Source of the DNA: Phaeosaccion multiseriatum
Lineage: Eukaryota > Protista > Ochrophyta, other classes
Assembly (NCBI GenBank): GCA_965112735.1
Contig: OZ218959.1
Location: forward strand, 1,426,001 to 1,490,000
Direction of reading: 5' to 3'
Length of the DNA: 64,000 nt
The notes under the pieces are model-generated. The model was not told where the DNA came from and ran no database searches. It saw nothing but the letters and a program-made list of their open reading frames with translations. This document shows positions 54,699-64,000 of this stretch, piece after piece. Each line of letters begins with the position of its first letter. Within the stretch, counting starts at the first letter, position 1. The position numbers and the translations under genes were made by a program.

Positions 54699-57600
54699 AT
54701 GGGCGCCCGTATCTTGGCTTTGCTGGGGATGGCGTCGATGGTTGCCGCCCGGCAAATCCTATTCGGAGGTGAGTAGCTGGGGAGAGGCTGGACAGAGATG
54801 CAATTATGCCACCACTCCAGCCAAGCCATATGATAAAATCCTTGCCCTGCCTCGCTCCTTCCGCCCCTTCCCCCTCCGCGACGCTGCCCCGTGGGGAGCA
54901 GATAGTTTTACAGACAAGGGCAACATGTAAGTCATTGCTAAACATCTCCCCTTTTGCTGTACTAGCCTAGCTATAGCTATCTAGGCCCCAGGGTAGTCAG
55001 CCAAGAAAGTGCCCCAGGCCAGCCAGACCCACCACTCGCTCAGTCATCATCGCTCATGTTGCTCAGATCCTCCCCGCCCCCTGCCTGAGGGGCCATGTCG
55101 AAAGTCCGATATCCACCTGATAACCTCCCCGCCCATTCTTGCTGGCTGCTGCTGCTCGCTCCTCCTTCTGGTTCTTCTTCTACTACTACTACTGTCCGGT
55201 TCTTCACCCGACAGGCTGGCCATCTCGGGTGGTGTTTACCCCTCGCTGCCACCCTACTGCGATGGCGCGTTTACCAACGGGCTGCTGTGGTGGGAGCACC
55301 TGCTGGAGCAAGACGCGGTGGGCGACGAGGTGGTGAACTTTGCCGTTGCGGGCGGTAGTACCACGGATGCCTATTCGCCCACTGCGCCCGATTTCTTCCC
55401 CGGAACGCTGGCGGAGCAGGTAAGCAAGAGCGTGGCGGTGCGTGTTGTTAGGGTGGTGGCCTGTCACCCGTTTGACTACCGGTGGTTGATATGGGTACTA
55501 CTGCCCGCCTTCCCCCGTCGCTGCTAGGGACTGGCCCACGCCACGTTGAGTATATGCCTGCTCTCGACTTTCTTCTCTTCTCGCTTGGGCGAATTTGAGA
55601 GAAAGCGCCCGTGGCATCGCCCACCACCACGTCAGAAGGGCGTCGAGGGCTTTGGACCGAAGTCACTTTCACGGCACCTCTCCTCTACTCTCTGTCTGAC
55701 CTCCCTCCCGCCCTCCCGCCCTCCCTCCCTCCCTCCCTCCCTCCCTCCCTCCCTCCCTTCCCTCTACCTACCTACCTACCTACCTACCTACCTACATACC
55801 TACCGACCTAACTACCTACCTACCTATCTACCTACCTACCTACCTACCTGCCTTCCTCCTTCCTTCCCACTTACCTACCCCCCTTTTCTTCCTTCCTTCC
55901 TTCCTTCCTTCCTTCCTCCCCACCTACCTACCTCCTCCTACCTACCTACCTACCTTCCTACCTCTGCCTTTCTTCGCTCCCCTTACGATCGGTCTTCGCT
56001 CTCTCCTCGCCCCCCTCACAGGTCAAAGCCTATGTCGCCACCGGGCCGACTCCCGTGTCCGACCAGTTGTCCGTCATCACCGGCAAGAACGACATGATCC
56101 GCTTCTTCTATGCCCATGCCCGCTCCTTCGACGAAGGAGACGACGTGTCCGCCACAGACTTCCTGGCGCTTTACGCGCTCGACTTGGCATCCCATCTGCA
56201 GACGCTGCTGGCCACTTCGCCCGAAACCGTGTATGTGTGGGGCACCTCCATCGAGCCCGAAGAGTACGCTGTCCGACTGGGGCAGGACCCTTCCCTACTG
56301 GCGCTTGTCACGAGCGTCTTCGGCAGCATCGAAGGCGGGCTGGCGGCGGCACAGGAGCTCTCCGGGGCCATCAACGGGGCTACACAGTCCGTCATTGCGC
56401 AGCTGAGGCAGGCCCAGCCCTGCGCTGACATCCGCTATATGCATCTCGACAGCGTGGTGCGCAAGACCGTTGACCAGGCTGTGGTAGAGGGACTAGAGAT
56501 TGCCACACCCTGCATGGTGGCCGTCGGAGAGGCGGAGGTAAGATGGGGGTGAGGAAAATGGGAATCGTTAAATGTGTGGTGGGTGGGTGGGTGGGTGGGG
56601 CCTTGACTTCGTGGGGGTTGGCAGTCCTTTGCGGTCCGCCTTCTCCTTGCGTCTTGTCTTTCACTTTCCACTTCGGCACCATGATGTCATGGTTGTTCAC
56701 AAGTATCCAGTGACGTGCATGCATCCAGTCAGCCAAACGATGAAAGACTCAACATCACAGCCATTATATTTGTTTTGCTTCGCTCATACTAATTTCGTCT
56801 TTGTTCGGAACCCCGATCAATCACAGGGCACCTTTGGGTTCCACGAGTGCCTCGTTGCCAAGGGCATTGTCAACAGTGGCCCCCCGACTTGCGAGGACGT
56901 ATCGGGTACCACAGTGGGGGGCTGTGCACAGGTGTGCGACGACCCCGACAACTACCTCTTCTACGACGGCATCGGGCACTTGAGCGAGAAGGGGCACGAG
57001 ATTACAGCAGCCTTCATGCTGGAGGCATATATCGAATGGGAGTCTGCCTCCCTCTGCATGACCACCACAGACAGTGCGCCTGTGCCCGGGGAGGACCCCT
57101 GCACCCTCGTGTGCGCCTCAGTCAACCCCAACGAGCCCTGTATGACGGACTCGTCCTGCGCGAATGGAGGCCTCGGTTGCAACGCCTTGGGTAAGCGAGT
57201 GGTGTGGCGTGGCGTGGGTAGTGAGGGAGTGAGTGCGCTTCTTTGTGTGCTTGCTAGAGCGCTTGGCTTGGCTTGGTTTGGCCTGGCTTGGCTGTGTCTA
57301 TGCTGCGAAAGTGGTCCAACCCAACCCCCCCCTCGCTGCGTGGCCCTTACTCTGCACCGTTGTGTACCCCTTGGCTGCTGGCTGCCTACAGGAATGGAGT
57401 CTTGCCGCTTCTGCGAGTTCGCCGGCTTTGAGACCATCCGCTGCAGCAGCGGAGACTTCGGGGTGGAGGAGAGCGAGGAGAGCGAGACCTCCATGGAGAG
57501 CGAGGAGTCCGCCTCCTCCTCCTCCTCCTCCTCCTCCTCCTCCTCCTCCTCCTCTTCCGACTCCTCCGATCATGACGCGGAGTGCAGATGCCCTGGCTTC

Positions 57601-57726
57601 CTCCCCAGCGGAGAAGCACATACATGCGTACGCGACCCGTCCTGCGCGAGTGGCGGACTGGGCTGTAACGCCGGAGGACAGACTCTGTGTCGCTTCTGCG
57701 GGTCTGGACGTTTCGACGATTGCTGA
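54699..57726 (+). CDS. Secreted GDSL/SGNH esterase-lipase with two C-terminal GGLGC..CRFC Cys-rich modules
   Basis: Signal peptide MGARILALLGMASMVAA. Block I FG|DSFTDKGN split across exon 1 (54699-54768) and a 25-nt exon (54902-54926); GAFTNG, NFAVAGG (block II), GKND (block III), YLFYDGIGH (block V); stop at 57724-57726. Confidence 0.88.
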
Positions 57727-57777
57727 GCGAAGATAGTTGGTATATATTTTATTGACTTAGTAGGAATCACCTAAGAG

Positions 57778-57993
57778 TGTCGACCCCTGACACCTTACGA
57801 TAGCGCGCCGGCTGGCGCCGGCTGATAGCGGACAGCGCGCCGGCTGGCGCCGGCCGATAGCGGATAGCGCGCTGGCTGGCGTCGGGATAGCGGATAGCGC
57901 GCCAGCGATAGCGGATAGCGCGCCGGCTGGCGTCGGGATAGCGGATAGCGCGCCAGCGATAGCGGATAGCGGATGATATGTCAGGGGTCGACA
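57778..57993. mobile_element. Small MITE-like element with 15-bp TIRs and an internal GATAGCG repeat array
   Basis: TGTCGACCCCTGACA ... TGTCAGGGGTCGACA perfect inverted ends; interior of gatagcg/gcgccggctggcg repeats; flanks ctaagag / tcaagag are at best an imperfect TSD. Confidence 0.72.
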
Positions 57994-58010
57994 TCAAGAG
58001 TGAGCGAGGC

Positions 58011-58061
<51 letters not shown>

Positions 58062-58253
58062 GGTGTGTGAGTGTGTCTGGCTGTACCTCTGTGTCTCCGG
58101 GGCCCTCGAGGGGGCGGTTACTCCCCCTCTTGGGCGGGGAGGGGGAGTGGTTGAACATCTGTGGTTGTCTAAAAGTAACACATTCATTTTCTCTCACAGC
58201 ACGACAGTTGGTTCTTCGATTAGCAAACTCGGCATTCAACACCTTTTTTTTCC

Positions 58254-60382
58254 ATGACCGCCCTTGCAGCAGTCCTGCTCCTCGTGGCCTGTTTGCTGCT
58301 CGGAGCGAAGCACGGCAGAAGCTTCTCCTTGGCACCACCAGCGGTAGTATCGGCGGGATGTGGCAGGCGGCCCTCCCGTTGTTGCAAAGGACGGGCGCTT
58401 GTGCAAGAGTGTAGTAGTAGCACAGAGAAGAGGAGGAGAAGCAGGAGCAGTACTTTTATAGGGTTAGTTAGATGTAGGACTTGCACATGCACATTGCAAG
58501 CAAAGCCTACAGAGGCAGCAGTAGAAGCAGCACCAGTAGTCGTAGCAGGAGCAGCGGGGGCGGACAGCGAGAAAGAAGAGGGGAAGGAAGGTTCTCGGCG
58601 TCAGAGCATTGGACAAGTGGAGAAGGTGTTTGAAGAATGGGCAAGAGGAGAAGCAGGAATAAAAGCGGATAAGGTGATGCACGCTTGCTTCGACGGGCTG
58701 CGCGGCATCGGAGCCACGGCGGCCATTGCCCCCAAAGAGACGTTGATCACCCTCCCGTTAGCGTCCACGCTGCTGGCGTCGGAGAACGAGAAAGCTTCTC
58801 CGTTCAAGGCTTTTGTGCGAGACGATCAGTGGGATGTGCAAAAGCTGCACGTCAAGCTGGCGCTAAAGCTGCTGTGGGAGAAGTTTCGCGGTCCACGGTC
58901 CTCGTTACATCGATACGTAGAGCTCCTGCCCTCCAAGGGCGAGTTCGACACGCCGATCCACTGGTCGAAGGAGAGGCTTGCTTCCCTGCGCTACCCCAGC
59001 TTGAGCGAGTCAGCGGTGCGCCAGAGGCGGAGCTGGACGGCGCTGTTCACCACTCTCACCAAGGCCAAGTGCCTCACTGGTGTGGACGAGGAAGACCTCG
59101 TGTGGGCTCTTGAATGCGTCTTGTCCCGAGCCTTTACGGGCAAGTTTGGCAGCAGTCGGCCCCTGGCAGCCGCTTGCTTTGGGGCCTCGCTGCTGTGGGG
59201 CTCATGGAGCATCTACACAGACCAGGACTGGCCTCTCGTCTTCGCCTCTGCGCTCTTTACGCTGCCTGTGCTGTGGAAGGAAGGACGAAGTCTGCTGAGC
59301 AGTGCCAAGCAAGAAATGGTGCTCGTCCCCTTCATCGACTCTATGAATCACGTCACCACCGCCCAGTCCTCGCTGGGGCTGGACCTTCTGTCAAACTCGT
59401 TCACCATCTCCACCGACAGCCCCGTGGCGGAGGGAGGGCAAGTCCTCATCTCCTACGGACGCAAAACCAATGACGAACTCGTCCAGTTCTACGGCTTTGT
59501 GGAGGAGAACAACCCCGCTGACACGTATACTGCCATCCTCTCTCCCTCTTCCAGCCCTGATGACCCTGTTGCCAGTCAAGCCTTGGCCCTTAGGGAGGAC
59601 ACTCTGCAGAGGGCGGGGCTCTTTTCGGCCGTGCAGCGCCTAACGGTGGGGCGCAACGGCGTGCTTTCCCCCCAGACCACAGCTGCCGTGAGGTGCCTCT
59701 TGGCGACTGATGCGGACTGCGAGGCTGAGCTCGACAAGAACAAGAAGCAAGGGGAGGCTTTCATGCAGCCTCTTGCGAGTGAGGGGCATGTCTGGACGCA
59801 GTTCGAAAAGGTGAGGGGGGTGGCGGGGGGCGGAGGGGAGTCCCTGGGCGAACGGGGAGGAGGAGGAGGAGGAGGAGGAGGGAGGGGGGGGGGAGGGGGA
59901 TAGGGGAGGGGGAAAACGTGGGTGGGGGGGAGGAGGAGGAGGACGTGGGGGGTGACGTAGGGGGGAGGGGGGGAGGAGGAGGATGAGGAGGAGAGAGGAG
60001 GAAGAGGAGGAGGAGGAGGAGGAGGAGGTGGAGGAGGAGGAGGAGGAGGAGGAGGAGGAGGAGGAGGAGAAGAAGAAGGGGGAGGAGGAGGAGCAGGATA
60101 GGGGGGGGGGGACGTTGCAGTGGGTGTGGTGGAATTAGGTGTGCGGCCCGTTCTGAAGCTCTCCTCCTCCTCCTCCCCCTCCTCCTCCTTCTTCTTCTTT
60201 GGACGTTATCCCCTCTCCTGCTGTGCTTGCCGCAGGTGCTGGAGCAGGAGATGGAGCGATTCGGAGTCGCAGACACAGAAGACTCAGAGCTGGAGTCCTC
60301 CGACCCCCTTGTGGGACGGTTCCGAGTCGAGAAGGCCAGGGTGCTGCGGGAGGCGCTGGCGGCGGTCAAAGGGCGAGGTTAG
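58254..60382 (+). CDS. Plastid-targeted SET-domain lysine methyltransferase (Rubisco LSMT-like); exons 58254-59810 and 60236-60382
   Basis: Signal peptide followed by S-F and an R/S-rich transit-like segment; GLRGIGATAAI, LITLPL, YVELLP, PIHWS, WALECVLSRAF, LVPFIDSMNH, QVLISYG, NDELVQFYGF. Confidence 0.9.
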
Positions 60383-61667
60383 ACTCGCACCCGGAGAAGT
60401 GCAACTGAGGGCGCGAATGCCGCACTACTCAGGGGAACCTTGATACTTGTACTTGAACCATGCCTATTCGACAATCTATTCGATGAGTCACGTGCAGGCA
60501 CTCTGAGAGCTCCTGCCCTCGGAGCTCCGAGGGAGAGACCTGAGTCAGGTAAAGAATCCTGAATCCTGATTAGTCAATGAATTCCTTGAAGAATTTCTCA
60601 TTTCACTTTGAGGTCGCAAGCGATCATCTGGAGAGAAGCCGGGACGGTGGAAGAAGGAAGGAGGGCATCGCTATCACGATGAGGAGGGCACGTTACCTCA
60701 CGGACTCACACACGCACGTGCGTACGCACTGCGAACTCCAAGTTGAGCCGTGTGTGAGCGCGTGCGTGGCCTATGGAGAAGTGCAGTCGTGAGTGTGTGC
60801 GCGCGTGAGCGAGAGTGCGCGGCCGCGTGCCTGAGTGAGCACTTCTCCGCGAGAGAGGGTTGCTGACTCTCTCTGTCTCTCCCTCTCTCTCTCTCTCTCT
60901 CTCTCCCTCTCTCTCTCTCTCTGCCAGTCGACCTCCCGACTGGCTCACACTCTGACGCCAGCACGCACCCATCCTCGACTTGACTCTCCCCACCGCGAGA
61001 GAACAGCAGCAGAAAACCAAACAAAATTCAACGCCATAAATTTTTCCATACACCACACCACCAAACTCCTCTCTGCTTCAACGTTGCCCTCTTCCATGCT
61101 CTCAATCCGCATTCACAATTACAATAATTGACGACAGAAAAGCGGAAAGTGGGTGAAAAAATGGCCACCCAACCACACATATTTTGATATTGGTTTTTGT
61201 GCGTCTCTCACGTTTTGTCGGCCTTCCGGATTGAGAGAATGGGCTTTGTTTGGGGGTTATTGGGTCCTTGATTTCTGTGAGGTAAGGGTTTAAAGCCACA
61301 AGGGACGTAGTCGAGCAGCCGTCACCCTCCATACCATCCCGCCACAACGCACACGGTGAGGACAGCGAGAGAAGCTGCTTAAGCCACTCCTGGACTTTAA
61401 AAAAAGGGGCTGTGGGTCATCGCATCAGGGTATCAACTGGGGCAGCAGCAGGAGAGCGGGGGATAAGATTCGAGGGTCGCCCTGTGACAGACGTTTTTGC
61501 CCATTCGAATGCACAGGCGGTGCCACGCAGTGTCGTCCAAGACAACGCGTTCAGCCCTTCCGTGAGCGTGAGTGCTCACGAGCACGAGTGGACGGGCCGG
61601 GTATCAGGGGGAGGCGCTGCGGCAGCGAGTGCAGCAGAGGGTAACACCGAATAGAAGCGCTGGGGAG

Positions 61668-64000
61668 ATGGCAACTGTCGGTGGGAGCCTTGTGGGGCTT
61701 GCGGTTTTGCTTTTCGCTACTGCAGAGACGCATGCATACAGCTGTAGCAGGAACACACTGCAAAACCAGGCAATTGGGGGTGCGTCCGTGAGCGATCCCG
61801 GCGCGCGGTCGCCCTTTCCCACTGTTTACGGCGGCGCGGTGATTAGTTACAGTGAGAGCCACTGCGCAGACTTGTGCTGCCAGGACACGAGCTGTGAAGC
61901 CGCGAGCTTCGACAAGGAGGAAGCACTGTGCTATCTCAAAGCCTCCGCGGGTGGCTCGTATACCAGCTCTAACCAGTTCACATCGTTCAATAACTTCCAG
62001 CGTTCGGGGGGGGCCACGTCAACCTCCAGCTACACAGCAGCGCCGTCTTGCTCCAACAAGAAGGGCATTGCAAGGCAGCTGACCTCAGGCTCTGAGGTGT
62101 CCTCTCTGGCGCCCGGCATCACCTGGTGGTATGATTGGTCACCGGGTGAGACCATGCCGGATGACGTCGTGCAGGCGACCCAGGACAATGTGAGTGGGAG
62201 TGAGTGAGTGAGGGGTTCGGAAGGATGGGCTGCATGGGCGTGAACAGAGTGATGCCTTGTGCATGGGATAGATTTGCACAGGGCTAGATGCTATAAGAGG
62301 TGGGTGGGTGGCCCCCTGTTACCCTTATCTGCGTCCTTGGCTTTGTGTAACTCCCCGCTGTTGCTCCTCGCACCTCGTCTCACCCCCTCCCCCCATCTAT
62401 CATGTTTGTGTGACCCACCTACCTGCCACTCATCCTCACCTACCACCCCCTACAGAACCTTGAATTCGCCCCCATGATCGCCCTCCCAAGCGAGGAAAGC
62501 AAGCTCGACAACCCCAACCTTGCGCGACTCACAGACGCCGGCAACGTGCAGGACTTCCTCTTCCTCAATGAGCCCAACTTCATGGAATACGCTGCCTCCA
62601 CGCCCTCCCAGGCTGCCAGCCTCTACTCGCAAGTTCGCTCACACTCGAGCGTGAGCCGGCTCAACAATGTCGGTCCCGGCATGAACTACTGCGGCACCAA
62701 CTGCGTGGGTAACGGGGACCCCATCCAATGGCTCGACGAGTTCTACGGAGCCACGAGCTTCAGCAACGAATTGTCCAGGGTGTCGATTCACAGGTCAGTC
62801 ACTTCAGTCGCTCCCCGATTTTTTTTTTGATTTTTTGTTTCGTTCGTGTGTTTGTGTTCGTTGCAACAGAAGTGTATGTGTGTGGTGCCAACGGCAGCAG
62901 CAAGGAGGAGGAGGAGGACTCTAATAGCTGTACCACTCTCCCATTTATATGTAGTTTGCTGCAACGGTTGAGGAGGAGGGCAGCAGTCTCTCGCGTTTGC
63001 TTTTCGCTCATCATAGACCCACCCCCCCTCTCTTCTCTCACAAACGACAGTTACACCTGCGGCGTGCAGTACCTCAACAAGCACATCCACGCCTACCTCA
63101 AATACGGCCGAAAGGTGTGGGTCACCGAGTTTGCATGCGGCGAGGGACCCTCCCTCAGCAGGCAGCAGGGGTATATGCCGGACGCTCTCCTCCTGCTCGA
63201 GCTACACCCCGAGGTGGAACGTTACGCCTGGTTCAGCTACCCGGCCATCTCAGGCTCCAACCTCTTGAACTCCAGCGGAGGCTTGAGCGACCTTGGAAGG
63301 ACGTACGTCAACACCTACCCCAGATGTGGCGGTAGCGCACGCGCAGCTCCACCTGCACCCCCCGCGGCAACCCCGCAACCAACCCCACGACCAACCCCAC
63401 GACCAACCCCACAACCCACTGCTGCTGCCCGAGAAGCCGCCCCGACACCTGTACCGAACGCACCGGCGGCTCCCGGGCGTCCGGCCCCTTCACCTCCTGC
63501 CCTGCCACGTGCCGCTCCGGACTTCTTTGCGATCAACGAGTGCACCGTGGGTGCGTGCGGCGTGGGCGAGCAGACGTGCGAGGTGTGGGCAGGCTGCATC
63601 AACGGAGGGCCGGGATGCATCGACTCTGTGTGCAGGTAAGGTGGGAGGGGATTGTATTGTAGTATCTTTTCCCTCTTTTTGGTGTGCTGCAAGCCATGTC
63701 GTGGCCCACCGACGAGACTTGGTTCTCAAGGTTTGCTTTTCTTGTTCTGTTCACTCGCTGATTTTATATCATTGCCCCACCTACCCCACTCCCTCACCAA
63801 CTCACTGCCTCCCCCCCCCCTTCCCCCCCCACTTTCCTTGCTTCAAACTCAATTCTCACCTCCTTACCTCCCTACTCCAGGTACTGCGGCTTTAAGGAGT
63901 TCCCAAGGTGTGCCTCCAGCCCCACCTCCCCCAGTCCGAACCCTTCCCCGACTCCTCCGGCGTCAGCGCCGCAGTCTTCCAGCTGCGCCGGCGTGGGCGC
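61668..64000 (+). CDS. Secreted PAN/Apple + GH128 (beta-1,3-glucanase-like) + Pro/Thr linker + Cys-rich module; runs off the window end
   Basis: Signal peptide MATVGGSLVGLAVLLFATAETHA; CADLCCQDTSCEAASF...CYLK (PAN/Apple); KKGIA, ITWWYDWS, EFAPMI, FLNEPN (acid/base Glu), KVWVTEFAC (nucleophile Glu), VERYAWFS. Exons 61668-62189, 62456-62792, 63051-63635, 63881 onward. Confidence 0.88.

Noticed and set aside
60516-60533. 18-bp perfect palindrome CCCTCGGAGCTCCGAGGG downstream of the SET gene
   Set aside because: Single short occurrence with no supporting context; may be chance.

Overview
Eukaryotic, intron-rich genomic DNA, most likely from a photosynthetic stramenopile (ochrophyte alga). This is inferred from a bipartite signal+F plastid presequence, an RRL motif in a secreted protein and stramenopile-type Zn-finger/Cys modules. 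Coding exons are GC-rich and introns are packed with microsatellites, so most long ORFs in the track are artefacts; gene models here were spliced by hand from GT/GC-AG sites and frame continuity. In order: 3' end of an unknown gene; a pseudogene fragment and the intact PhyH-family dioxygenase it copies; a secreted modular protein on the minus strand (13314-6569) whose N-terminal solenoid is encoded by an array of duplicated one-repeat-per-exon, phase 0-0 cassettes; a head-to-head 5-copy ~2.38-kb tandem array of a spliced coiled-coil + Zn-finger gene (3 intact, 2 frameshifted); a 16-kb GYF_2-WW-motor-IQ-MyTH4-SH3 myosin; a large polytopic membrane protein built from three repeats of an HxxxHAxxE module; cytochrome b5; a GDSL/SGNH hydrolase; a plastid-targeted SET (LSMT-like) protein; and a PAN/Apple-GH128 glucanase running off the end. 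There are three MITE-like foldback elements, one Cys-rich module (GGLGC...CRFC) shared by three unrelated secreted proteins, and several non-random intron motifs. No rRNA, tRNA or CRISPR was seen.
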